This document shows positions 23,596 to 37,000 of a stretch of 64,000 nt of DNA, piece by piece. The DNA comes from Tubulanus polymorphus (Eukaryota; Animalia; Nemertea): assembly GCF_964204645.1 (NCBI RefSeq), contig NC_134031.1, positions 16,355,807 through 16,419,806 on the forward strand. The letters are read 5' to 3'. The notes under the pieces are model-generated. The model was not told the DNA's origin and ran no database searches. It worked only from the letters and a program-made list of their open reading frames with translations. A program made the position numbers and the translations under genes. How positions within the stretch are numbered: the stretch's first letter is position 1; the number at the start of each line of letters is the position of its first letter.

Positions 23596-25563
23596 ATTTC
23601 GATTAACCGAGATGGTTTAGTAACTAACATATCCGATTATAAGTTACGATAACGTTACGTGATCCACTGATAATGCCGCGCGTTCGTTAATATACCGAGG
23701 TAGAATATGTACGAAATCTGATAATTAACGGGGAGATATAGCAATGAGAGTGACTGAGGTCTCTTTGTATTTTCTATACTTTCTCGCGTATTAAACCGCT
23801 GTAGTGCAGATGAATTAGCTCATACGCTATGAATTAGAAATATGAGGCAGGACTTTTGCTAGGGTTTCGCTTGACGATAGTAGCATGCGAGGAGAGTTCG
23901 AAATCTTGTCTTTACTCTGATTATCTTCTAGTCGTTACTTTATTGTTGATCGTAGCTTCAATTGTTAAATACCATGCGATATTATCCTACCACTACCACT
24001 ACAATGAACAGCGACTACTTATGTTTTGTTTCTTTATGAATTTGTCACTGGTGAACGTTATTTTGACCTAGATATTCTCGATGTAAGCTAAATATTTGAC
24101 TTCTTCTATTGTTATACTCATCGGTCGATGATTGTTTTATGATCGTTTTAAAATTTCGGCCAACATCTGTGGTTATGGATGATTCGGTGTATTAAAGAGC
24201 AGGAAATGCCGAATCACACGTTGCATGTGAAGAGTCGATTCTATAAGTAGGAACCGCGGCGCGGAGATAAAAATGACGAAACTGTGATCTTTGGATTTCT
24301 ATTAATCGGAACGGAAGGAGCCTTTATTCGCTGGTAAACGAATAACAGCGCGGTGTACTTGTACGATGAACGCTATTTTATCAGCGACGCGGCGCGCGTG
24401 AGAGAGTATGTTTTATCAGATCGTACCCGAAGAAAATTAACCCTTATTGTTATCGGATAAAGGATCTTTATTTTTTTTATCTTAAAATAGGGATTTTCCC
24501 TGTTATTTATTTGGCTGGTAAATTTCGTTTGATTTTTTGATTGAGTGTCCCATATAGACCCACCACACCTGCAGGGAGCGAAACAGGGGGTTTGATTTTG
24601 AAATCGGAAATCGAAGTACAAATATAGTTGTGTGATCGGCGGTCGAGTTAACAGAATTTTTTTTTTTTTTTTTGAAATACATAATTGAAAATTCGGAAAG
24701 GATCGTTATTAACCTAGCCATTTTGCCGGTGCCCTGATAAAAAGTATCAAATTCTCAGGTCGACTTGATACGTATGCGTGATAACCTGGTATCCACGAAT
24801 AAGGTAACATCCGCGAGCCTCTAAATCCGGCCGCACCGACGAATTATACCATTACGGGTTTAACCCGATACATATGTGACCTCCATATGTTATTTTATAC
24901 ATACACGCGTCGAAAATTCGAATCAAGTCGGTGGAAATGATTTCTAACCTGTGTTATGAATTGTTTTGTCAAGACCGTGGCAATATGTGCCGAGAACAAA
25001 GGTGTTTAATATCCGTCTGTAATGAGACAGATGAGGTTATAGGCAATTTTATTTTGCAGGCTGCCCGAGTGTAACACGTTGTCGTCGTATTGTCATAAAG
25101 ATTTGATGTGTATCAATTAATGATCGTTCATCAACGGATATACATGTAAATATAATAATCGGGCGGCGCGAGTCTTTCTGATACACGTGTTACCAGGCGG
25201 CGTTACATGCGGGCATATGCCGAATATACTATACGCGCAGAATCTATATCATATTCCAACCGTTCTTGAATGTATGTATACGAAACGAAATTCTCATTCG
25301 AGAATTCAGCGGGGAAAACAGGACGGATAATAACGTAATCTTTTCAATTATGAAGTTACGCAGTCGGCGATATTTTTGAGAACGCTTTTATTTCTCGGAA
25401 GAATTCTCAGTCGCGACAGTCGATTTAGCTGACTTTTGTCGTCGGACGAACTTCAATCCTCGGCCGGGTTTCGATTTTGATTTTGATTGATATAGCCGTT
25501 ACGATATCATCATCATCATCATCATAGACCGGGAGCCCAGAGCAGTTTGCCTAAATGAACTAG

Positions 25564-25567
<4 letters not shown>

Positions 25568-25633
<66 letters not shown>
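25568..25633. repeat. (TA)n microsatellite
   Basis: Read directly. Confidence 0.97.
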
Positions 25634-25635
<2 letters not shown>

Positions 25636-28208
25636 TCATCGTCATTCCGTGTGCGAGACGTGTCGGATATCTTTTTACGCGACTGTCTTTAAATATTTGA
25701 TGATGATTTGCAGGTTTGATAAGTTAAATCACTGACAGCAATATCGTTTTTTTAGTTCCGATTCCATTATCCCCCCTGTACGTATATATGTCTTGTCTGT
25801 CGGAATAATTTCTTTAATATAAACACCAGACGGGGATGAAAAATATTCGAGCGTTTTACACGGTGGAAGAAAAGATGTCGGTTTCGTTATTCAGCCCGAG
25901 GGATAGCTTAATGGTTGAAATAACCACCCTCCGGGTTTAGACATGGTTGATATTAATGTAGTATCCACAGGTAACGGAATCAGTTCATATTCGAATGTCT
26001 AGAAACAATATTTATCGTGAGTTTGTAGTCGATTTGCTAAAAGAAATACTGCAAGTTTCGATCGAGGTTACGATTTAAACTATCGCTTTGAATACGAACG
26101 CTTTCGCTCGCGTATGAACTCGAATTCGCCTACAGCCAAAACACCGAAATCAATATACAACTTTTATAGGGAACTTTGTTTAGTCCTCGAAATCGATTTC
26201 GATTGGAAGTTTTTGCTATAAAACACACGAGTTCATCGGCAACCGTATCGTCGAAAATCGTTTACCAACAAAAAATCGTCGTTTTCGTTTCAAAGTTTTT
26301 TTCGCTTTACCGAGTAATTGTTGTTGTGCATTTCGTTGTCGTATTCGATGCGAGCGCGTGTTTAAAAAATAAACCGGTTCAAACGATTAGGTTTTAAAAC
26401 ACGTTGCAGGGTTTATTATAATATTCGTGAGCTTATACACCACCTGTTCACTGGCGATTAATTCGAATGATAAATTGCGAAAATGAGATCAGATATCCGG
26501 TGATATGTAATTCAATGAATTCATGATTTCGAAATGTTTTCGAAAAATTATGAATTTTAGATTTTTCCATAGCATCGAAATGTTTTTGTTTGTTGTTTGT
26601 TGTTCACCCCCCCCCCCCCCAAAAAAAAAACAACCTCTTATTCTGCTAGAAATCTTTAGTTGCTGTTATTGAATAGATTTACCAATCCCTTGCCGCCAAT
26701 CCAATTGACAGGGAACGGTAAATTTTAGAAGTAAATTGACGCTAAACGAATTAGATATATATGTATACAATTACGATTGTGTCGCGCCATCAAACACTAC
26801 TGACGAATCGGGAAGTACTACAAGGAATCGTGGATCGAATCGGCGATCGAATCGGCTACGATCATTCTCACTAGCGTTGTTATATCGGTGCACGCCACGA
26901 AACACCACACACACATGCACATGCCTGCTATATTACACTTATAGTCAGAGCAGCTTGGAATCACACGAGGGTCTCCTTCTCGCGCTTCTCCTGTCTCTTA
27001 TTCTTCGTTATTTGCGTGTGTGTGCGCGAGTGTTTCAATTTATCTTCTCGCCTTCGGCTGACCACAGGTCATCAACCACCGATCTCTCGACGATTGAACT
27101 AGTAAAAAAAAACCGGTGGTGGACGTTAGCTAGCACGTATATACCAGGTGTAGGGTGCGGGTGCCGCCCGCGTTTGAAAACGATCCACGCATCGCGGTGG
27201 CTTTCATCGACAATGGGCGAATTGATAAAAACCCGATCGCGATAATGATAATGGATTTGTCATATACTAAGAGCGTCGAGGCAGTCAATCGAATTTGGCT
27301 ATCTATCTAGTGTGGCTGATTTACGAAGCCTTTATCGCGCGGTGCGCGCGGGCGAGTTGGATATATGATTGCGGTTTTTATGGGAAATTCTTCGTAAAAC
27401 CGCAGTTCAAAGGCTGTATTAGTGCATGTATACGAATGCTAACTTCCATTTTACTCCGTGTACAGGCACAACATTCACTGGGATTAGTAATAACTTTGTC
27501 AAGATCTGGAATTGTCCGCTGGTGAAACGCGGAAGTGAAAACAAAGGATATTTATCATCGGAGTAACTGGTGTTGTAACTGGTGTTGAATTGCGCAATGC
27601 AGTGATTATCACCCGACCACGTCTTATAAGGTATTTTTTTCGTGCGTTTACACATAGTTTGTTACTGGTGCGTGTGTTTACAGTTGTCCGCAGGAAGATA
27701 TCATCGCCACCTACGTAGTTGTTTTAATAAACGTGCGTGGCATTCGTCGTTGATGAACAAGAGAATCGCCGAGCCAGAGCCAGCGATAGAGCCACTGCGT
27801 CGTCCGCGTCTGCCTCTCTCTCCGTTCGTTTGTATTGATTGATGATAGGATATAACTAACTTATCATTCTCCATAGTATTTAACGACTGCACCAATTTGC
27901 TCGGCGGGAGTCGTCGTTTTCGTTCGTTTCGTGTTCGTCGCGAGCCGTAAGTCGTGTTTTTCATTCTCGCCCGATTTGGGATCAATTTTTTTTCTGCCGG
28001 CTGAAATAACGGCGACGTTTCTAGTCGCGGATTATGACGAGATACTTGCGTTTCGCGGATCTTTCGCATTTCACCAAAAAAAAAGAATGCCGTCTATTTT
28101 CTATCGTTAGCCAAAGTGATTAGAATTTTAGGGATACATTTTGCTCCGGTTTTATTGAAATTGAATATACGGGATTCATGGATTTGGTATTTAATGAAAA
28201 TTTTATAT

Positions 28209-28244
<36 letters not shown>

Positions 28245-28943
28245 GCATGGCATGGCATGGTGAGGTATTCGCGAAGCGCGCTGTAAGGTATCAGGTGTTA
28301 ATACCTGACACTATCGAGATCTATCCAGATTTGATCGGTGTAATATCGCTACATAGCAACACGTATACACGTTTACATGGCAGCAGCGGCGATCGAGTGC
28401 GTGTGGATTCTCTTCTAAAAACGATTTCGTTTTTCGAGATTGCGAAAGCGCCGTGCCGTCAGTATTAGCCCCGAATCAAATTATATGATAATTGAAGAAG
28501 TAACAGAAGTGTCATTGACATTAGCTACGTATATAAACTGTATGTTCGTCGCTGATATAAATACGTGTATGTGTGCGTGTCATAAATTCTAAGGGCTCTC
28601 GACCAATATATTTGTCATTTGATAATGAAATGATATATTTTGATTCGTTATCGAGTGAACGTAATAAATAACCGATATGCCGATAAAAGCGCTAGTTCTC
28701 GACAAACGATCATATTTACCCCTCGTAACGAATTGATATATGATTGTTATGTTGTAATAAGCGTCCGTGTATGATTATATAGTCTTCTCTATAATATCTG
28801 TGCCGTGGTTTTTTTTTTTATTTCGTCGGTAAATAATATTGAAAAGATTTTTTTTTGCAAACCCTTCACCTAAAAGACGAGAGTAACTTGATATACGTAA
28901 CTTCTATTAATGATTTTACCGTGGTTTAGGTGTGGCATAGGGT

Positions 28944-29262
28944 TCCTCTCTCTCTCCCTTTCCCCCTCCCTCTCCCTCCGTCTCTCCCTCTTTCCCTCTC
29001 CCTCCCTCCCTCCCTCCGTCTTTCCCTCCCTCCCTCCGTCTTTCCCTCCCTCCCTCTCTCCCTCTCTCCCTCTCTCCCTCTCTCCCTCTCCCTCCATCTC
29101 TCCCTCCCTCTTCCTCTTTCCCTCCCTCTCTCACTCCGTCTCTCTCTCCCTCTCCCTCCATCTCTCCCTCCCTCTTCCTCTTTCCCTCCCTCTCTCACTC
29201 CGTCTCTCTCTTTCCCTCTCCCTCTCTCACTCCGTCTCTCTCTTTCCCTCTCCCTCTTCCTC
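28944..29262. repeat. CT-rich polypyrimidine low-complexity tract
   Basis: About 320 nt almost only C/T; the source of five spurious ORFs. Confidence 0.95.
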
Positions 29263-30735
29263 ATGACATATTTCTTTTAACTCTATAATTAGTAAGCTCA
29301 AGATGAATACGAATATGAATACACTCCTTCTAAAGTATATGTTTATGAGGTATAAGGGTTATGGTTTAGTAGGTTTAGTATCGTTGTAAGCTACCATGTT
29401 GTTGGCGATGTTTTCTCGACGATCAACGATGTAGCTGATATCGAAAAAAAAAGTACGTTTCGCAATATCAGCCGATCTGATGTCGACCGCGTTTCAAAGC
29501 CGGGCAGCGTCGAGCAGTGCCGCTTTAAATATGCGACAAAAGATCGACTTACCACCAGTCAGGAAGGCTGTTATACGGTTTCATAATATCATCGTGTTAG
29601 TGAAATTGCTAGATTACATCCTGTCGCTGTATTACCGGTATTGATTTCGATTGAGTAAATCAAATCGTATCAGTTTTCTGGTGTTAATTTGTTTCGCACA
29701 TCCATCGTAATAGTCGTAATGGAAAAAGACGTTATGATCGTCCGGGCAGGTGTAGCCGCCTACGTCAATTTATTGACTTCGATTATATCGATATTGCGCG
29801 AATGCACTTTGAAATATTGAAATATCAGAGCCGCGCCGATGGTAGGACTATTAGATAGATATTGTTACCAAGGAGGTGTTTGCATCTGTTCTACCATATG
29901 AAATGTCCTCGGTAAAGGTTGAAATGCGTACAGCTATCGGGTACTGTCGTCACGTCACGACTAGCCCTCAGATTCAGCCATCTGGGCATTCTATAATAGG
30001 AGCCCTGCGACTCCTTGATGTCTCTAAAACCGAATGAATTTTATATGGAAAATGCTTTTAAAGGAACTTGAAACTCCTTTGATTTCAGCAAAATATCAGA
30101 AACTCCTCAAGAACTCCTTCAATATTGAGAAATAGGCGATTAGTGATTTTTTTGGAGATGTACAATGAATATAGACTATGCCTAAATCGGTACAATTAGG
30201 ATTTCAAGCTAGTTACCGAATTAGAAAGGAGAGGAATTTGCTTGCAAAACCACTGGATAACAGTAAACCAAGATAAACAATACCAATAGGGTGCTATAAC
30301 GTTGCTCAATCTACTATTTGTCTTCAATAACTACATATTGAATATTACAATATTGCGACCTAGCGTAAACTATAGTTCAGCACTCAGCTGGTATATCGGG
30401 AGGGAACCGTCTGCCTGAAATGATTTCGTGTTCCGCCTTATCTAGTTCGCATAAAAAGACGGATGATACCGGATTGTTGGAAAGGTTGCGTGCGAATCCA
30501 ATTTAGCAGTTCGGATAAAATGGATTGCATTCATTATCGCTACTATATCGTGAATACCGCTGTGATAAAACAATCACTCTTATTCGCTGAAAAAGATCTT
30601 TGTTCTAATTTGGGTTTTTTGTTCGTAATTTCAGGTGTTGTGTGATCGTCGTTAGGGATTATCAGCGATGTTGACAACGCCCAAAAATCGGTGATAGCGA
30701 ACAGCAGCAGCAGCAGCTTATGGGAGTATATAGAT

Positions 30736-31021
30736 ATGGGAGATAATAAGAATACGGGTTCGGGCGCCGTGCCCGCAAATAAACCGCAACAACAATCGTC
30801 GTCCGCCGCGCGCGAAATGAACAACGCGCCGTCGGAGAGTCGCCATCGATCGGCGGCGACCGTCGCGCCGAAATCCGAAACGCCCGAGTTGTTACCGGAA
30901 GATTTCAGCGTGAAATCGTTGTTGCCGCCGTCGATCGGACGTCGGAATACGCGGCCGAATCGCTTCAAGGCGGATAAAGTGGAGAGCTGTGTCATCAACG
31001 ACGTGGAATATTTACCCGGAG
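30736..31021 (+). CDS. RERE: RERE first coding exon (MGDNKN...[10 protein letters not shown]); exon starts at 30635
   Basis: Acceptor tttcag at 30634; in-frame TGA at 30643 upstream of the ATG; donor G|gtgagg; the end resembles the BAH start (YxPGD). Confidence 0.82.
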
Positions 31022-34000
31022 GTGAGGTTTCATCATTCCTGGCGTCGTCGTTAATATCGACTAGTGTTACGATCCTTCTCGTCGTCGACGTCGATGACGG
31101 TGTTTTTTTTTTTCGTCCGTCTGCCGATATTTGTCCGTCTGCTCCATACATATTTATATAACAGATACGTGCGTTTCATTGTAACGCGCAGTGATTCGGC
31201 GAGATTCACTCGCCGCTGCATCGGAAAAAATGTGATGTTCTCAGGACCGATGAAATGTTGGTCCTGCTTTGACACAACGTAGTCAAAAACGATGCGGGTA
31301 ATTTTTGGGCAATCTGAGCATTGCCTTGGGCCAATTGCACAGTCGTGACTAAGTCCAAACGTGGGGCCATCTCACAATAATGGTCCGTTTGCCGTAACCC
31401 GATCGACCCGACTTTTTTTTAGATTGATTGAAATAAATTTTATTTTTGTTATCGTTTCCATATAAAAAGGTGATAAATTTGTTTTTATTGCCCTAAAATT
31501 TTGCCAAAAAATATTTCTACCTACCTACCAACTCATCCTGAAAACTTGAGTCAGTGTTACGGCAAACAGACAATTATTTTGGGATGGCCCGGTCTTAAGT
31601 TGTTAGATTGGCAATAGAACTAAGTTTGTGTTAGACCGGTCTTAAGTCTAAGCCATGACTATGCAACCGGCCCGAGGGGTTATTATCCCGTCATTTGAGG
31701 GGATCTTTTGAGTGGTGAGGTAAAGACGTGAGGTCCAGCCATGGCCTGAGCTGCCAATTCCACTGGACCAGGTGTTAAACTCCCAGAACCTCTACGTTAG
31801 AAGTAATCATCTGGTCAAGATAAATACTCCTAGGTCCGATCTGCTCCAAATCCATGTTAGAAAATTTGTCTTCGTGCTCAGCGTCCTCTGCTCTTTTCCC
31901 CGTTCAGCGATTCTATATTGAATCGCCATTTTTAGACGTCTTCAACGTTTTCATCGCGTATTGATCAGGAATCTTGTTGTTAATTATTTGTAATGTAATC
32001 ATGATACTAATGGTGGTTTTCAGCAACTCTTATGAATTAAGCTGATTGTCCCCGCGCTGTAAAAGTAATCAATATTGCGATGTCAGCGCAGCGTGTTCGC
32101 CGCGGGACGAGGCGCTTTGTTCGATTTAGTCGGACGTGTGCCGCCGTGTATGTTCGGTACACCCCTGCCTGTATACACCGACGATCATATGCCCCCCATA
32201 ATAGAACGATAACCACACTCAAACGTGGAGAACGGATAATAAGATAATAACCCGCTCTATACAAATTAAAAGAATTTTAAAATCGAGAATTTATTTATTC
32301 AAAAAATCTTAAATGAAGATCTTAAATCACCACACCTGACGATGATTTCTAGGGTAAGATCGAAACGTTGTGTATTTCATTTTAGATTTTTTGAATAAAT
32401 GAATTCTCAATTTTAAAATTCTTTTAATTTGTACATAGTCGGTTTTTATCTATCTTAGTATGTCCCCATCTCGTATAGTAAACCTCACCTAACTCGTAGA
32501 AACTAGGACCAGCAAATGTGGCTGAGGTATCCGAAATCCGAGTCAAGGATAGGAAAATTCGTGAGGAAGTGGGAAAAATTATTTGGTTGAAAGGTCCGAA
32601 GTTTACTGTACATCGTCATCTTTGGTTAGCGTGAATAGATACGATCGCCCCTTTACTATTTACATTGTGAGGGTCGTTCTCGAGAATTACTGGCAATTGA
32701 GAACTGTTACGCGGTAGATATTCATTTTACATGAAGCTAAGGGGGTAGGCTACTGAGATGCTGGCGAGGAGCGATGACTGTTGAGACTTCAGCAGCTGCA
32801 GTAGTGTAGTCATAGAATTACACATTTTCTAGAGATAACCATTATCACTTGGAGTTTTTTTGACGCCGGCCAAATTTGGCTGGTGGTGGATTAGGCCCAG
32901 GCCAGCCCAGTTCACATTGGTTTTGAAAATTTGGCCCAATACAGATGTGGGTAGTTTTTGGGCAATGTGAGCATATCAGTTGCACAGTTGTGACTAAGTC
33001 CAAAAGTGGCCGAAGCCATATTTTAGCCCCAATTTTATCTGACTCTGGAAATGACTTATCTCACTCACTGCAGCATCGTGTCGATAGCATTTCAACAACA
33101 TGCTCTGTGATAAGGCATGGGCCAAATTCGACTCTGGTCTGGAACACAAGGACACAACAGTTCCACAGTTGTGAGTTAGAGTTAACTCTGAGTTAAAGTT
33201 AGTTAATTTTCAATGAGTCAACTCAGAGTTAAATCTTAACTCACAACTGTGGAACTGGACCCAGGAATAGATCTTTGTCACGTATCTTTGTTTCGATATA
33301 TTTCGATGCGTTCCGTAGGTAAATAGACTAGAGAAACGTGAATATCTCGCGACAATCAATAATATCCATCGCGTACACATACTTGAAATCAATAACAGTT
33401 TAATCGAACATACGAATATACACGGCCGAGAAGCGAATGATTAGGATATGAACTTATATCGACGGAACACCGGGGCACCGAGTCGGTTATAATTGCTAGA
33501 TCAATTAATTTCGCTGTTGATAGGTCATATTCAATGCCCATGGGGTAATCCCTTTACATTAGAATGATTACCAACACTGCGTCTGCTATTGCAGCTCGCG
33601 TCGAGGCCTGTCATTGTCAGCGGTAAGATTTCAGATGCATTATATTATATCCTGTCTTTTTAATATTAACCCTTGAATTGCCAGTTCTGGTGATCATGAC
33701 GATAATGTATATGTAAATGTACGTCGTTGAAGCCCGTGTAGTGTTTTTATAAAGTTACCAGTGTATCATGCATTAAACAGCTGCGTTATATTGTTATTTT
33801 AGCTTTTCGCTCTTCCCGATGACTGTTGATATAACAACAGCATTGCGGGGGGCCACCCATCTGTCCCGCTTATTAGAAAAATCATCGAAAACCGATTTTC
33901 CATCGGGCGGGGAGATTTATGTATCATATTTACGGAAATTCGATCCATTTCAGATTCGGTGTACATCGACAGTAGCAGCGCCGATCAGCCGTTCTTTGTG

Positions 34001-37000
34001 TGCACGATTCAAGAGTTTCGCATGGTTAGTATTCAATCCAATTCAATTCGTCGTTTAGTCGGTTAGCCCTCGCCGGGAGCCGCCGCCAATGCGGGTACTT
34101 TAAGCATCGAGATAATAGTCAACAGCACGTCGATATATACACGGCTTATATTTCGGTGTAGGTTGGCCGTAAATCGAGTCAATACGATGATGATACCGCG
34201 CGCAGGGTGTTTGCGCCGCGCATGTTGACACCAGCAGAAACCAGAAATAAGAATCGAATTGCTCAACTCGCCGTAAATGAACTCCGATATCTATTGTTAC
34301 GAGATAACATGAAATGATACTAAACGTTTGAAAGCTTTTTTGTTTTGGTTAAAGATTTATATTTGCGACCACTCCCTTATCCCGCTCCCGTACAATATTA
34401 TAGCCTTCAGAAATCTGAATTCTATTTACACGTATTGTGTATATTCATTGCGTACAGTTTTTGATGACTTTTCCTATAACTGTGAAGGATGACTTGCGTT
34501 GCTCGGGCAAATAATGGATACATATGAAGGTAACCTCGGGATATGGAATGTTGACTTCCAGGTTTTGAGACTTGTGTCTCGCCTGGAAGGCATTTCCTGT
34601 CCTTTTTGTACGACCGGGTAATAATTCATACGTTGTTTAGTGTTGATTTCGCTACCTGAGCTTTCAATCTCGGGAGCCACGACGGGAATCCTGCGTTAAA
34701 AAACGTGGCTTTCAGTTGCGGCCGGGAATTTAGAACCCATCTCGTGGCCACTCAAATAAACGAGCCCTTAATCTTTTCGCGCAATTTCGTCTATAATAAA
34801 CCGGGATTTAACGTCTGTCGTCGAGACGTAGCCGGCGATAATTTTCTATTTGTTGTTCGGCAACGTTTTTAAAAGCCGTTTTTAAATAATTGATTCGCTT
34901 TTTCACCGGCCCGTTCATCCATCCATCTTCATGACTGAACCGAAGAGAAAATCTTAATCATCAGTCAATACGTCGAGGGCGATGGAAAAACGAAGACTGT
35001 TTCATTTCGCTCAGAGAGAGAGAGAGAACGAGCAAGTGAGAGACGAAGAGAATTTATTGATTTTCTGATCTGGCTTCTTCCTCTTAACGCACGGCGCAAA
35101 ATCGCTGTCTTCGATGTTACAGTATATTAGCATGAGTTGACGTCTGCTAGCCGCGAATCGTTTTGCCGGAAACGTCGAAAAATTAACGCGTATGCGGTCT
35201 TATATACATGGGCGCCGCGTAGGCTAAGCCTATTAGCCGTATCTAGAGTTAATCCTTTCTAGCGCTTTGCATTTGATTAAAACAAATATTTGACTGCGTA
35301 TGATCGTTTAGTGTCCGCCTCGATGTTAACGCGTCGTCGTATTGGTTTAATACGTATTTGCTCGATTGATGATCGGTTATGTAAATATGAATGGAGGAAA
35401 ATTGCTGTCGGAATACTTGATTAATATTTGATTACGAATATACGGTATCTTCTTGTGCGCGTTTGGTTATTAAATCTATACCGCCCGGACACGTGATGAT
35501 TTGTCAGCGGCGGCGATCCCCGGGTGTGTATCTAATGATCCGTCTTGTAGGGATGCCTTGTCAGTTCTATAGCAGCAGAGCAGAAAGTCCCTCCTATGAC
35601 AAACTGTTATATCATGGACTCTAGTCCATGGTTATATAGTGTTAATTAGGCTAAAAAAAGAGATACCTTGTTTCTCCTTATCGGCCGGGTCATTTTATAA
35701 ATCGTGATAAATTTTCGATCAGTTCATTTCTATAGCTGCCGAGTCTGTTATGGTTAGCTTGATCACGATTTAAAAAAAAGTTATGTACAGGGTTGATAGG
35801 CAGCAGGCTGGGCCAACTATCAAGCTCAGCAGAGAATGAGAAACGAAGTATCGACTTATTTAGCATTACATGTCGTATATATCCGGTATGAACAGATTAA
35901 TGATTTCTCGTTAACTTTTGAATTGGGAGTTTGTTGATGATGTAACGCCCGAGGATGTTTCATTAACTGTTTAACCCTTTCAGTGCTGACTAATTAATAC
36001 CCTATAGTGCTGGAGATAATTTGAAAATTTTTAAAGATTCCACCCTAACGTGTTGAATAACGGGAATACCACTATGGTGCGTCTACACCGCGGAGCGGTG
36101 TATCGTTAGTTACTAGTATTTCACTATGTTTGACAGGTGCTGCCATTTTTCAAGAGAGATAATTATTAATTACATCAATACACCGCAGTGCGGTGTACTA
36201 GTGAAATCTATCAATGATTTATACACCGCACTGCAGTGTAGACGCACTGAAAGGGTTAAATGACTGTTCAGTTGAAAGATCATGTGATTAGATATCCGTA
36301 AAAGACCATACAGTCTCATTGTCATGTAGTAAAATCAAGGTGAATTTTATTTGGTCAATTTTGGGCGGAATTTTACCTTCTCTTTTTTTTCTAAAAATTG
36401 ATATTCCATAGTCGGATTTTAAACGTCGGAAACTCGCCTGTCTCGTAGTTTGTTTGGTTCCAAATTCGGTTCAAAGAACTCACCGAAAATTGGAGGGTTA
36501 TTTTCGTTCCATTGCCGTTCAGTTTCTTCCCTGTTCCTGGCTTGAAATCGACAAAATGTAAACGGTCGTTATTTGAGTTGTACTTAGTGAATTAGAATAG
36601 AAAACTGAACCCGGAATATTTCCGTGTTTGTAAATCATTTCTCGTAGATGTCGATTTAATGTTTCAGTACACGTTGATCGAATTGATCGATTTATTGTGA
36701 TACAATTATCTTTTAAGGATATTTGTCCGTCTAATAACTGCATCGATGCTTTGATCGTTTCAGACGAAGAATGATAAGCTTACCGCGATAGTGAAATGGT
36801 ATTACCGTCCGTCAGAGGTACCCGTTAGCGTGTACCAACCACTCGTACAGGATAGAAACCACGAATACGGTAAGTTCGATTTAAGTATCGTCGTAAAATC
36901 GTGCGGAGAAACGCATCTTCGCGATTTAGGATTTTTAATGCGGTTTCGATAATCGAAGCCTTTTCCGCGCGATCGAATTTGAAATTCGAATCGTGCGGTT

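Noticed and set aside
26736-28069. ORFs of 169 aa and 122 aa
   Set aside because: No domain similarity or coherent splice structure; expected by chance in CpG-rich non-coding DNA
28870-29280. Arg/Glu-rich ORFs that could be mistaken for the RERE RE-repeats
   Set aside because: They are translations of a CT/GA tract, on the wrong strand and upstream of the start codon
30543-31151. 202-aa - strand ORF
   Set aside because: Antisense shadow of the GC-rich RERE first coding exon; no recognisable domain
31908-31965. Alternative BAH exon (cag|CGATTCTATATTGAATCG, 'FYIES')
   Set aside because: Wrong phase for the 31021 donor and runs into stops; 33954-34024 fits fully
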